A stretch of 64,000 bases of DNA from the human T2T-CHM13v2.0 reference genome, Homo sapiens, in assembly GCF_009914755.1 (NCBI RefSeq), contig NC_060928.1. One strand, given 5' to 3'. Every line of letters starts with the position of its first letter. Positions within the stretch are counted from its first letter, which is position 1. The notes under the pieces are model-generated. The model made no database searches and had not been told where the DNA came from. It saw only the letters and a list, made by a program, of their open reading frames with translations. The position numbers and the translations under genes are program-made. Below, in pieces: positions 14,408-29,184 of this stretch.

Positions 14408-14842
14408 CCAGCTTTATTGAAGTATAATAAGCAAATAAAAATGGCATTTAAGATGTTCAAAGTCACTTTGGGAGGCCAAGGTGGGTGGATCATTTGAGGT
14501 CAGCGGTTCGAGACCAGCCTGACCAACATGAGGAAACCATCTCTACTTTAAAAAAAAAAAAAACAACAAACAAAACTGTGTGTATTGGTGCATGCCTATA
14601 ATCCCAGCTACCTGGGAGGCAGAGGTTGCATTAGCTGAGATCACTTCAGCCTGGACAACAAGAGAAACTCCATCTCAAAGTACAAAGTGTTTCAATATAT
14701 GCTGAGGTGTTTACCACATTAAACATGTCCATCACCTTGCATACTTTTTTGTAGGACACTTGATGTATTCCCAAACTTCAAGTATATGATACACTACTAA
14801 CTACAATCACCATGATGTCTGTTAAGTCTCCAGAACTTATTT
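14408..14842 (-). mobile_element. L1M (L1MA/MB-type) 3' end, interrupted by an Alu
   Basis: cagctttattgaagtataa...catcacc...tactaactacaatcaccatg...ctccagaacttatt is typical of a reversed old L1M 3' UTR. Confidence 0.7.
14464..14679 (+). mobile_element. Alu (AluS-like), 5'-truncated, internally deleted, no poly(A) tail
   Basis: cactttgggaggccaaggtgggtggatca...ttcgagaccagcctgaccaacatg...aatcccagctac...gaaactccatctc; flanked by caaagt on both sides. Confidence 0.9.
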
Positions 14843-16569
14843 GAGCCTGCCCTTACTAGGGAAGGTGACTCCTAAGATTTTATAGGCTCCAATTTAGAGT
14901 TGAATCATCAAATGTGCAAGCAAACCAAGCTGTACCTGCTGCGAGGCTCTTTTCTCAGGTCTCAAAGCTTTGGGGTTAGCTGACAAACTGAAGTAGCACA
15001 CCCAAATGCTTGTTGCCTTTAAAAGCCAGAAGAGGCTGACTTAACATTGTTCCCTTAGCAGTAAGCCACGTTTGGTGGCTGAGGAATAAGAAACCCTTCA
15101 CTCTAATCAAAGTTCTCCCTTGAGTATTTCTATTACCAAGAGATACCTCCACTGGATCCATCTGGGCCTGCACTTTAGGAGTCAAGGTTATCCCTCTTTT
15201 CTTCCTACACATTGTTTGTGTAGGACCTAGACTGATGCTGGCTCCTTCTTAATATTTTTTCCCTCCATTCTTGGTGCAAGCTTGACTACTGTCTGGGACA
15301 GATAAGAAACTGACATGCCATGCCCTAAGAGCTAGGTCAAGCGGTTTGCATCTTAGTAGACTCTGATCTCCATTACTTCATGAATACCCTAAAAGCAATG
15401 AAATGGGTTCATGACAGCCTCCTTAGATCAGGAAGTTAAGTGAGAAATGGCCTGTAGTAGCTCCTCACAAGCCTCTTAATGCTCTTGTGTTCTAGGAAGT
15501 TCACAAGGGTGTTCAGCCAAGTCTGAGGTCACCTGTGCTTCAAATTGTACCTGTGGCCAAGTCATTAGGTGCCACAAAGCTATTAGTCTATATGTAGTAA
15601 CATAACTCATGAACAATGGCTATGAGGTCTATAGTATATTAAACTTAATGTTTAGTGTTCAGCTCTTAAAGCTTTAAGGCTCTTCCATGTTTCTTCTATA
15701 CTTGTTGCAATTTTTTCAGGAGGGATTTTATAGAATGTCCCTCTTCAAATATCTTGCCCAGTGGAATAAAGTAAACCTTCATCCCTGAGATCTGAGCCTC
15801 TGGCTACTTCACCTTTTACTAGGTCATGGCTGCTGCAGTTTGCCAATTCACTGAGCACCAAGACCACTCTCCTTCAAATCCCCTGAGTTGTAGACATGCC
15901 AATTCCTGCTGCCACCTAGTAACAGCAATGCAAACTCACCATGATAGGGCTAATTACTATCAGCAAAGCAGACCTGTGCTGTCCCTGCTGGACTACTGGT
16001 TTAAGGAGTCCAAAATGATAGCCTAATTGTGGGTTTATTGAACTGTGTCCTCTGGAAGCTCCCTGAAATACTTTGAAGACAACTAATCATTCAGTCTCAG
16101 GCATAGTTCTCAAGTGGGTTATTGGGAATGATAGTAAAAGAAGTTAAAGTGATCATTGCTTTGTCACCAATACACAGGACACACAGGGCTGGGAAAAATG
16201 TATGATGTAGTCACTGGTTCAATTTGTAGATGCATTCTGGAGGACAGTGCCACAGGCGCATAGACTGTCACTAAGTCAGCACATTAGGATGCAGGAATGC
16301 CTTCCTTGAAGATACCTGCAAGACCAGCTTCGGTGTGATGTGGTATATATGGTAGGATGATGGATACTGTGATCAGGTCTTTCACCTCAGGTGTACAATG
16401 GGTCCCTCAGTTCAAGGTGATACTTGGAGCCTTGCTTCTGTAGTAGATACTCTCATTGAGACAAGCGTGCGGATCTTGTGCCTAATTCCTCAGGTAGATC
16501 CATGTCCTATTCTCTTTGGCTTCATTTTCTTATCTTCAAATCCTGTTCCTTTAGGCCCTTGATCACTAA

Positions 16570-16840
16570 GGATGAAAGGGGACCATGCACCAAGGAATAC
16601 AGGCAGCCTAGAGTAGCTGGAGGAGGTAAGATGAATCTCCTAGAATACAGCCCTGCCCACATCTCCATTTTAGCCCAGTGAGATTAACTTCAGACCTGAC
16701 CTGCAGAGTTGTAGGATATTTATCTATAGTTTGTCTGCAACTTGAAGTGCTGTTAGACTTGGTACTTTCTACCAAAAACACAAGTTTGTGTTAAATTAGG
16801 CCACTTAATGGTAATTCTGCAGCAATAGGAAACTCACACC
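16570..16840 (+). mobile_element. MaLR LTR 3' half (MLT1C/D-like)
   Basis: ccaaggaatacaggcagcc...cagccctgcc..ttttagcccagtgaga...gcagcaataggaaact. Confidence 0.7.
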
Positions 16841-17302
16841 TACTTAATCAGGGCTTGGTAATCTCTACCAAGGACTTGACAGACAGGGGCCTGTTGGGGT
16901 ATGATTTTTTGGCTGAGGAATGACAACCCACTCCCTCTCTGCTTCTGGCACTAAGTTATGGCCCCTTCAGGAATGGGAAACTTCATGATAGCACCACCAT
17001 TGACCACCTTCTGGTAGAGCCTCAGCCAACTCCCAAGCAAGAAAAGCACTAAATGAGCCAGAGTGACTCCACACATTTCCACTCTTCCCCAAGTGGATGT
17101 CTTGCCATTCCCCAACTCTCCAGCCCACACTACCCCAAAGCAGTCTCACAAGAGTCCCATACAACTGATTTGGATCAGTGTAAATAGCATACCAATTGGA
17201 CAACTGAAAAAGCAACTCAACCTCAGTGAGGTTTCAGATAACCAATCACGTGCATATCAATGGTTTGTGTACTGGGGGGTAATAGAAAAGCTCTGTTAAT
17301 CA

Positions 17303-17690
17303 TGTTTAAACTTCAGGGGGTACATGTGCAGGCTTCTTATAGGTAAACTTGTCACGTGGGTTTGTACAGCTTTTGGCACCCAGGTACTAAGCTTAGTACC
17401 CACTAGTTTTCTGGATCCTCTCCCTCCTTCACTTCAGTAGGGCCCCAGTGTCTGTTCCCCTGTGCCATGTGTTCTCATCACTTAGCTCCCACTTAAGTGC
17501 AAGCATGGATTCATGTATTTGGTTTCCTGTTCCTGCTTTAGTTTGCTAAAGATAATGGCCTCCAGGAGCTCCATCCATGATCTTGAAAAGGACATGACCT
17601 CATTCTTTGTGGCTGCAGGGTATTCCATGGTATATGTACCATGTTCTTTATCCAGTCTATCACTGGGCATTTAGGTTGATTTCATCTCTT
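17303..17690 (-). mobile_element. L1PA (approximately PA13-16) 3' UTR, heavily deleted
   Basis: gggggtacatgtgcagg...cccaggtactaagcttagtaccc...ttagctcccactt...gataatggcctcc. Confidence 0.85.
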
Positions 17691-17904
17691 CAAAGTCATG
17701 TTTATTTTTATCAGCACTATTCTCACAAACAGCACACCTAAGATAAGTGAACAGCTTGCTAATGTATATGTCCAGATACTGTTGAATAGTTAGACATCTT
17801 TAATACAGCTTTTCAAAACTCCTTAAACTCCAAGTGGGTTCTCAAATGTGTTAACACATTTCAGGTGATCTCTTCCTCTAACAATACACCAACCTACTTA
17901 CCAG

Positions 17905-18300
17905 GTGTGACGGCTTTTCTGGTATGCTGAAGTAGATAGGCTAGTGCCCAGTTATGCTGACACTAATCCAAGTGTTGATTTGAAAGGGTTTTACAATGTA
18001 GTTGTATCTTGCACATGTAGCTAAAGCACCAATGTAGTTTTTACTAAAAGTATCCTGGACAGCCTGAACCTGATGCAACCTGAGTCACTATGACTGACTC
18101 AGATATGTCAGGGCTATTTTTAAGTTCCACCTGTGGACAGTGGCATCACCTGTGCCCGTGGATCCCATTCTGCGTAGAATCTTTCCTGACTGCTTAGGAA
18201 CAATAGCTTTTCTGAGTTGATGAGTTCCAGCCTGCTCATGATCTATCAGCATGTGGAAGTGTCTGCCGGTGAGCTCTGGATGCCCTTAGCAAACATGCAA
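17905..18300 (+). mobile_element. MLT2-type (MLT2F-like) ERVL LTR
   Basis: actaatccaagtgttgat..gaaagggtttt and ccacctgtggacag...gagttccagcctgc motifs; boundaries uncertain. Confidence 0.45.
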
Positions 18301-18479
18301 GAGAAACTGAGTGTCTGCTCAACCTACCTTGTACATGGCTGGACCCACTCAGATCCAGTGTTGAGTTCACCGTCTTGCCTTGACAGGTCAACATCTGAAG
18401 AACCAACCTTTACAAATACTACAATAACATGAGCATGAGAAGCTACTCCCCCAACAGCTGCAACTAGTTCTGTGACTAA

Positions 18480-20670
18480 TGGATATTCATCTCCCTCTAA
18501 CAGTACAATCTAGATTCCCCTCCACCCTCAGCCAGTATTTCTGCTGGTCCAGATTGCTTTACACAGTAGGGCCACTCAGACTTATCCAAGAGGTCTGAGC
18601 ACTCACTTATCTCAGACTGTCTCTTATGTTGCTGCAATAACTGCTTTTGTCATCACTAATGCTGCACTAAGGGGCACCCAGTAAACCCTACAAATCCAGG
18701 TGTATTTCCCTCACTTTGTGTAGCAGAGACCTATTTCATCATAACCAGGATTGTTGACCCCTGCCAGTAAAGTAACTTCTGTCTGCCTCCTGGTCTACTG
18801 GTATAAAAAGCCTAAGTGACTAAATTGTAGCTTTTGGTTCTATGGAACCCACTCTGTATCTCCAGAGGATGCGTTCTTCAGGGGATCAGAAGCTCTAATT
18901 CTGAACATGCTAAATCTGTGGGACAAGAAGCACTTCTACAAGTGGGTCCACAGCAGGTGGTGGAAGGGGCCATGTTACATCTACCACTTGGTTCCTGGAT
19001 ACTGTATCTTAGCTTTTGGGGATATTATATGGAAGTTTCTTCAACTTGAAGTATAATTTGATGGATATATTGAAGTTAAGGGCTTATCTGAAAGCACCTG
19101 AAACATACCGCTAATTGCTTTGAGGCACAAAAGCACCAGGACTCTGGGTATTAGCTGAAGACTGGGAAAGCTGGTGTTGAAGGTGGCTGAGCTCAGGTGG
19201 CTTTCACTTGTGCCTGAGGTAGAGCTTTTAGAAAAGGTACCTTCTATTCTGGGGCCACTTGTCTGCACTGTAAGTTGGTCACTTTCCTAAGGCCTCTCAC
19301 CTCCTTCAGGAAGTAGTGGTGCCTCAGGAAATCACAGGGATGGATGTCTGCATGACTTGTTGAGCCCAGGGCATGTGGATCCAGTAGCATCTTGTTCATA
19401 TCTTCCTCCCTCACATACAGGGTGTGACCCCCATTCATTCTTGGAAGTGGGTGCAGCTGTCTGACTTAGCAACTTCGGGATGCCTTTGGACCTTTACAAC
19501 TTTTTCTGCCAGATCTAGGAAAAAAGTTCATGCCTTCTAGGGCCACATCCTTGTGGCCAAACTAAAAGCCAGCAGGTGATAAGATATAGGTATTCAGATG
19601 AAAGTAGACCAGATGGTTGACTCCGTCCTCTGCCTGGGTGGAATGATTCTGCTGTATACAGAAGTTTGGTCAGAAGCAAGGTGGTGTCCATAGAAAATGT
19701 GGCTTGTTAGGAATTTGGAGTAGGACATACTTTGCTATCTAGAAGCAGACCTTAAGATAATTTGAATTGCTACCACATAACCAAGTAAAACACCATAGAG
19801 TGATAGAGAAGTGGGGTGGACAAGAGGTGGTGACTCGAAGGTGTGTTACCAGAGTCTGATAGAGGTAAATACAGCTCAGCTGGGCAGAGGCCCTCTGGAG
19901 ACAGTATAGATCATACTTCAGCTTTTAATCAGCTATGGAGCAGGAGGTACTTACACCTTCTCACCCCATCTGACATGGGCTAAAGCCAGCCATCATGGGG
20001 ATGTAAATCCTCATGCCCTTTGGGCTCATAGGGCAGCCTTAAAAGACACAGGTACTGGCAGTTGCATTCCTATTACCTTACCAAGAGGGAGTAAGTTCGA
20101 GTTGGGAGAGGGGCCTAAGGAGATGCTGACAGATCACTGATGGCCTCTGATGGAGGGTCCCCCAGAAGCCTGGAGCTCAAAGGGAAAAACCCCAGTCAGT
20201 TCCTTTCACTGATACTAATGAGCACATCCACAAAATGAAGTGCCTTAACTCATGAAGTGCAAGCGAGACCAAGTACTGTATTTAATTAGGGCTCCTCAGA
20301 AACAGACTCGTGTGGAAGTAATGAAGGAAATACTTCCAAGACAAACCAGTGAAGGAGTGAGGAGAGGCACAACTGAGGCTGGTAAGAAGCCAAGCAAGGC
20401 TGCGATGGCAAAGTCCTAGGCTTTGTAGACCCCTTGGATCCCAAAGGGGAACAATAGGCTGAGTTGCACCTTGGTTGTGTGCATCCTCATAGCTGACATT
20501 CACTTGTTAATGGTGGCACTGGTTCTGAGGGGTGTGTGTAAACTCTCAGGTACTTCTGGCTCCTTGTGAGTGTGCAAAAGATGGGTCCAACACTCAAAAG
20601 GCAGTCTTCCAACAGCAAAAGTGAAGGTGCTGGCACTTGTAGACATATGAAGACCAGGGGTGAGGGGATA
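18480..20670 (+). repeat. Ancient duplication block A, copy 1 (ERVL internal fragment, unique spacer and two reversed LTR33-like LTRs); paralog of 35550-38270
   Basis: Collinear anchors: tggtctactggtat (18790/35843), agggccacatccttgtgg (19539/37126), agaagcctggag (20164/37769), caaaatgargtgcc, aagcgagaccaag (20261/37872), ccttggatccc. Confidence 0.85.
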
Positions 20671-20709
20671 CAGTAGACTCTTAAACTCAAAAGGCCTATT
20701 GACTCTGCA

Positions 20710-21250
20710 CTTGATTTTTCTTACAGAAGACACACTTGATGCTTCCTTGACATCTATTCCCATACTGTCAGCCAAATATGCTCCTGACATTCTTAAACTA
20801 TTTCCTTTAGATCTGACACTCTAGCCTATTAGAGCATGTCATGTGCCTATCGACCTCCCATGACTAGTGACTAGTTCAGGAATGGGTGTGCAACCTATCT
20901 ACATGGGCATGCCACAAAAACCCAAGGAGAATATTGCTGGAACTGGCTGTTTCAAGAAGTGCTTTTAGAAGAAAAGAGATGTGATCAACAATAGTCTAGA
21001 GCCTTGCGGTGTCATAAGGGGAGTACCTGGAATCTCTCACCCAGAGGGTGGTATGGCCCTGTGTGCACACTGAGTACAAATCTGACACCAGGGAAGGGAA
21101 GTAGAGGAAATCTGGTTCTTGGTGAAACTGAGCATCTTAAAGCAGCCTCACTTGGACCCAATGCTATATTCAGACTCATTAACTCCTGAACCAATGAATT
21201 CCCTTTTACTTAAGTCAGTACAGCTCAGTTGTCACTTGTGACCAAAATAA
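20710..21250 (+). mobile_element. MLT1J/K-type MaLR LTR; paralogous to 48520-48995
   Basis: MLT1J/K-type 3' end (ccaatgaattcccttttacttaagtcagt...tcacttgtgaccaaaa); shared strings gtgactagttcagg, atattgctrgaactg and ccagagggtggt in both copies. Confidence 0.75.
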
Positions 21251-21789
21251 CTGGCCCCTGTCCTGTGCAGATCCACTTTTCTACACAGGTCCATAGAACA
21301 GTGGCTTCATATCACCCAACTGCAAATCTACGTGGGTTATAGGTCCTTGATAGACATGTTGACAGTTGTCAGTTTTCTTCAGGGAAAGCAGGGGGAAATC
21401 CATCTACTCATTTAGATAAACAAAGTGCAATCCTTCATAGGGAGTCTCCCATAAGGTCTGCCTTCTGAAGCATTGTCACTCAGAAACCCCATCTTAACTA
21501 GTAGAAAGAATCACAGCCTGGAATCCTCTGAAAGATGCACCTAAAGGATAGCAGGCACTACTATAGACCCTTCTCTCATGGGTCATTTGACCAGGTCAGA
21601 AAACCAGACTAGAGCACTTGATCCTCATATTTGAGAATAGTTCTCGGTATCTAGGACAAGTTGTCTGAATCCATAGGCCGTTGCTGTTAGATGATGGTCT
21701 AAGTCTCATGTCTCAAGACATGGGTGGCTGAGTACCTCTCCCATCCTGGCTGGTGCAGGTGGTGGGATCAGACAAGTCGCAGGGCTGAT

Positions 21790-22560
21790 GGCTGGGGCAG
21801 ACATGCTGGAATTGAATTCTGTGTGAACAGATGGCAGCACTCACACAGCAGAGCTGTTCTCGAGACACCTCTTCTGGGTTGTGGCCTAAGTTGGGCAGTG
21901 TCTGAGAGGGCTTTCTGGCAGAGAAGAACCCAGCAGTGATTGACTAGGATAGTCCTAAAGGAATACCTTGGGTACACAGCCCTGAATAGAAGCAGACTTT
22001 AAAAAAGAATAGGTTAAGAGGAAAATGGATCTCAAAATAGATGACTCAAATCAAAAGCTTTCTGAGCAGAAGTAGAACCTAAGTGGGAAACAGATGCTAA
22101 AGCACAGCACAGTGCCAGGGAAGCCAGTCAGCTCCCATGTCAATGGGACCACACTGTGGTGAATGGATGGGAGTCACAGTAACGGAGAATGACATGCTCT
22201 TCAAAAGTACCTGTCCCTGCACAGCATGGTACCTTTTCTTACTAGGTTGGTGCAAAAGTAATTGCGGTTTTTGCCATTACTTTTAATAAGGCTCATCTGA
22301 CTTTTCCCCTAATGTAAGGGAAGATGAGTGACTAAAGCACAGCAGATAAAACAATGAGCATGAGTTGGAGGTGTTGTAGAGACACAGAAGACAGCAGCTC
22401 ATGCACATCCTTTTGAAATCCCTGAAAGCAGAATTTGCTGGTGTACCCACTGCTTCGTCCCAGTGCACTCTCAACTTCATAGTAACTTCTGGATAGTTCT
22501 GGCAATCAACTCCCAAACTTTAGAGATGGTGAATTCTTATAGCAAGGGTTATCACTATTG
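21790..22560 (+). repeat. Ancient duplication block B, copy 1 (other copies ~43430-44300 and ~51200-52000)
   Basis: ggcagacaygctgg, cagtgaytgactay, gaaaatggatc, gagcatgag and ggata anchors are collinear in three places. Confidence 0.75.
22243..22287. mobile_element. MADE1 (Hsmar1 MITE), one arm only
   Basis: taggttggtgcaaaagtaattgcggtttttgccattactttt is a near-exact MADE1 terminal inverted repeat; the second arm is absent. Confidence 0.9.
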
Positions 22561-22769
22561 AACTAATTCCTTCATAACAAATTTGGCCAACTCTAGCCTC
22601 TTGTAGAGGCTCAAACTTGAACACTAGTTCCAATACTTTAACTGGTTCAGGCAGTCTAGTACACTTTTCTTCCTCAAGGGTTAAGTCTGTGTGTTACTAC
22701 TTCTGCAGCTTACATGCAAACAACTTCCCCCAAGGTAATTTGGCTGAGGTGTTAGACCAGGTCTAGTTA

Positions 22770-23207
22770 TCTCTGTGGGTACATAGGTTTATGGGGTACA
22801 TGAGATACTTTGATACAGGCATGCAATAGATAATGATATAGTGGTAAATGGGATATCCATTCCCTCATTTATCCTTTGTGTTTAAAAACAATCCAGTTAC
22901 ACTCCTAGTATAACACGTACAACTACTGACTATAGTCACCCTGTTGTGTTATCAAATACCAGGTCTCATTCTAACTTTTTACACCAATTAACCATCCCCA
23001 CTACCTTTCCCAGCCTCTAACCATCTAACTTTCTCCATGAGTTCAATTGTTTTAATTCTTGGCTCTCACAAATAAGAACATGTGAAATTTGTCTTTCTGT
23101 GCCTGGCTTACTTGACTAAGGGTTATATTCATGTTGCAAGTGACAGGATCTCATTTCATGGCTGAATAGTGCTCTATTGTATATGTACTCCATTTTCTTA
23201 ATTTGGA
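22770..23207 (-). mobile_element. L1MA 3' end
   Basis: tgtgggtacatag..tatggggtacatgagata..ttgatacaggcatgcaat...ctgactatagtcaccctgttgtg...gctgaatagt; absent from the paralog at ~52.0-52.16 kb. Confidence 0.85.
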
Positions 23208-23720
23208 CTAGGTTTAGAATGTAGTTCTGACTTTGTCTAGTGTCTAAAAATACCACTAAATTCACAAAAGCAGAAAGTGAATCAAACTCAAGTACTGAGG
23301 AAGATGTAGCAGTACTGAGTTCCAATCATTTCTCTCTGAGCACCTTCGAGAAGGGTAGGTGGGAAGATGGATATCTTGTATCCATTATTTTGGAAGCTCA
23401 GCATTAGGATCCTTCCTGGCATCCCTAAAGGTGTAAAGCCAGTTTGAAATGGTATCTGAACCATTGAGCCCACAGTGGCAGTGTTTTCTTAATAAAATAG
23501 TAAGAATTTTGGCTATCTAGACATGTATTTAGGCTGGATAGGTGAAAGAAGCACAAAACTCCTAGGTCAGGAGCCATTACTGGGAAAGAAGTCATGCCAG
23601 AGGATAAGACAAATGTTTGGGGTCCTAATGAGCTATGAGTTGGTATGTAACCAGAAACTAGAGAACTACAGGAAGGATGGCACATCCTACATGTGCCAGA
23701 ACTGGGCAGTACACACATCT
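23205..23720 (+). repeat. Ancient duplication block C, copy 1; paralog 52160-52680
   Basis: ctaggtttagaatgtagttc identical; also aagatggatatct, ggctwtctagaca and gccagaamtgggcag. Confidence 0.85.
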
Positions 23721-24221
23721 GAGAAGATTTAGAATTGAAGGGCTTGGTCATGATACACAGGCATTCTAGTCAAGTAGAGAGGGATCATATTCCAAGGGGT
23801 CCTTCAGCTTATTGTTGCAGATTGGGTTGTTGACAGATTGAAGTGGAGCTGCCATGAAGAGTACTTAGAGAACTTGTTTAAAGGTATGGGAAAGGAAGAA
23901 CTGCATTAGAAAGCTAACTGGTGTGGGTGCACAAATGCCTTGGCCAGTCCCAAGACAGCACTGGCATGCATGTGGCCCATCAGTTACTCCATGGTGGCTT
24001 GAACTGGCAGAACTTCATACAGCCATTGTGCCCAGTTACTTGACTATGCTTTCTAGTCCCTGGCCTGCGCTCTCACACGAATGTACTCGGCACATCTTTC
24101 CTAGTAGGGCCACTGCCTTTCCTGAGCATGTCCCATCCCCTGCCCCCACCCCCTACCCGAAATAGAACTGAGCTTTAGTTACTGGATACCTGCCAACAGA
24201 GTCCATGAGGACTAGTTTTAT

Positions 24222-24587
24222 TCTGATAAGAGACTTCAACTGAATTAAATTTAAGAGTTCAGTTGAGCAATGAATGATTCACGACTCGGGCAGCCTCCTG
24301 AGCCAAAGTATGCTCAGACACCCCAGCGTAGTCACATGTAGTAGACTTAGACAGAAAAAGTGTTATAAAGAAAACAGAAGTGAGGTACAGAAACAGCCAA
24401 TTGGTTGCAGCTTGACATTTGCTTATTTGAATAGTTTGAATGGTTGACTACATTTGATTGGCCAACTCTGGCACAAGTGTAGGCTGTGGTCTGGTTATAA
24501 CTCCACTTATTGTAATTAACAATGTATAGAGAAACCTTTAGGCTGAACTTTAATATGTAAGTTTAGCCTAAAGCTGCCTCCTTAACA
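24222..24587 (-). mobile_element. MER57-family (ERV1) solo LTR
   Basis: ttgagcaatgaatgattcacga.tcgggcagcctcc...aaaacagaagtgaggtacagaaacagcc...agaaacctttaggctgaactt...taaca. Confidence 0.85.
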
Positions 24588-24791
24588 ACTCCAAGTAGGA
24601 TACAGTGTGTAGAGGCTAATATACTGCCAACATCTGTTAAATATAATGTAAGAATCAAACTAAGGAGAATCTGTAGGAATCAAACTTTTCAGGACGATCA
24701 TAGAACACTTATCAGTAATGGTCTGTCCTTTTAAATGTCACTTCTGTAGCACGTATAAACCTGTGTGGTGAGAGTACCTAAAATCTACTCA

Positions 24792-26890
<2,099 letters not shown>

Positions 26891-27700
26891 TCGTAGCATG
26901 TATAAATCAAGGTAGTTCAATGTAAGTCTACATGGCTTGGACCACCTGAAAGACTTTTCTCTGCCTTGGTCAAAGGTAGCCTGAAGCTTCAAGATCTCTT
27001 GTCCTAAGGCCATTCCATCTTTACCCTCTTCACTCAGACACTCTGAAAGACCTATCCAAGGAAGAACAACAAAGCCAGAACTTGTCTATCGCCTGGAGCA
27101 GGGCTTTTCTAGGTACCTGTTGCAGGTTCCTCAGGTTGGTGTACTCCTCAGGCAGGAGCAGTCCTGTCCCAGTCTTCTTGCATGTATAAGCAAGAGATCA
27201 AAAGTGGCTCTACCCATGAGAGGGGTGGGAGTTTTAACTTATTTTTACTTGCCTGATGTGTCGTAACTTTGACAATGAGCTTTCAGAAGAGTCGACAGAG
27301 CTGCCTAGAACCAGGTGCTAGTAAAGCACAGAGGCCAGGGAGACGCAAGTGAGCTGTGTGGAGGTGTACCAAAATGATAGGTTAGAGGATGGATCCCATA
27401 GGTACAGACTTTATTAGTATCATTCCGAAACAGCTAAATTGGCTATTCAGTTTATGATGGTCCTTGGGGTTCTAGGAACTGCCTGTTACTGCAATGTGGA
27501 AAAACCAACTCCTGATCCAAATCCCGAGTGGTGTCAGGACCCTCTGTCTCAGGCAAGACCTCCATTATCTCTTGACTTCAGATGAAAACTTTCATGCCTT
27601 TCAACAGCAGGTGTCAAAACTTAAGAGGTGTCCAAGGTAACTGAGCCATGAGGCAAAGTACAAGATAAGGAGTGATAGGACGCAGGAGATAGCACAGTCC

Positions 27701-28250
27701 ATGTGGGGAGGTGGGCAACCTGTGAGAGCCCCAGTGATCCTCACATGTGGTAAGCACCCTACTTTCAGGGTAGATGTAGTTACTTGCCTTGTGATGAATA
27801 GTTAATGGAAGAAGTTGATGGTACATTACTTCCAAGATTAGGCTATAGAGACTGGCTTCTGTAGTTGGTCTTTTTCTCTTTGATCAGTTGTTCAAGGAGA
27901 CGGCAAGCTGCTACATTTATGAGTCACCCCATGGAGGATAAAAGTGTCACAGCAAGTAGCAGAAACCCTCAGTCCAACAGCCTGTCAGGAGTTGAAGCTC
28001 ACCACCTGTGAGTGAGTTTGGAAGTAGACATTCTGAGGTGTGACAGCTGCCATGAGTATACTTGGAGGCAGATCCCCCTGACACTGAGCCTTCAAATGGA
28101 AACTTATCTGGCTAACAGCTGGATTGCAACCTCATGAGAGAACGTGAACCAGAGGCATTTACCTAGGCTGTACTTGTGTTCCTAACCCTTGGAAACTGTT
28201 TTAAGCTGCTAATTTGGGATCATTTGTTTGGCAGCAACAGACAAGCAATA
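27701..28250 (+). mobile_element. MLT1F-type MaLR LTR (uninterrupted copy)
   Basis: gccccagtgatcctc...ttccaagattagg...cagtccaacagcc...gagtgagtttggaag...gttttaagctgctaa..ttggg...gcagcaacaga. Confidence 0.8.
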
Positions 28251-28844
28251 GCCTATGTGAGTTGGCAGCTGCTACTTAGCTTGACCCAACCATTTGCTCT
28301 ATTAGAATGACAACTCTGGCTAAGAAGGAACTCAATGAACTAGAAATTTAGATTTCTAAATTATAGGGCAGAGGTAACATGATAGTAGACTCTGGAGTCT
28401 TCATGTTTGATCAACATTACATTTTTAATAAAGTAATGCTACCTTCTGAGTCTCTCTTGTGGGAGGCCAAGTGGTAAAACTAAGGCTCTAAATCTCAAGT
28501 AAGCCTGCTGAGATGCTACCAAAGTCTGTCTTCTATCCTCTTCCAATTCCCCTTGTCATCTTCTGGTCAATGAATGGGGTAAGACTATTTGGATCAAGAT
28601 ACAACAGCCTGAATGAGCTGAGGAGTCTTGGTGCATTCTTTGAAAATGGTAATGGAGTAGATATAATTGGAGAACTTTCCAGGGTCAGACCAGAATGCCA
28701 GGTAGCAGAGACAGGCATGCTGAGGCCTTAGAGCATCTGCACTCTGAGATGGCTGTCCTTGGGTGCCATCGTAGACATCATCCTCTTAAGACTTTAATTC
28801 TTCTCACTCAGCACAGGGAGCTCTACCTACTGATAACCTGGCGG

Positions 28845-28940
28845 GCAGCACTGTCCAATTGAAACATTGTGAGCCACCTGTGTAACTGGAACTTTTAGTA
28901 GCTACATTAAGAAACACAAAGCAAGCGAATCTTAAAATGG
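28845..28940. mobile_element. MER3/MER33-like DNA transposon fragment
   Basis: cagcactgtccaat...gtgagccac...tagtagctacattaa; its counterpart is at ~63568-63620. Confidence 0.5.
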
Positions 28941-29184
28941 AATCTAGTTGGACTTGTAGTCAATCACAACTACTAGTTGTGGGTGGATCCTAGCTCAAAA
29001 ATTTCCTGCCCATGTAGAATTCCTTGCCTGTTAACAAGAGAATGTACTGGATTATCTAATCATGCTTCCCTAAGATGTTCTGCCACTTCAGGAATGTGTT
29101 TTAAAAGGAACGATGAACTTTAAGCATATCAGTTGTGACCTTAAAGGCTTTTTGGTGTCTGAAAAGTTCTAAAATATAGTCTAA

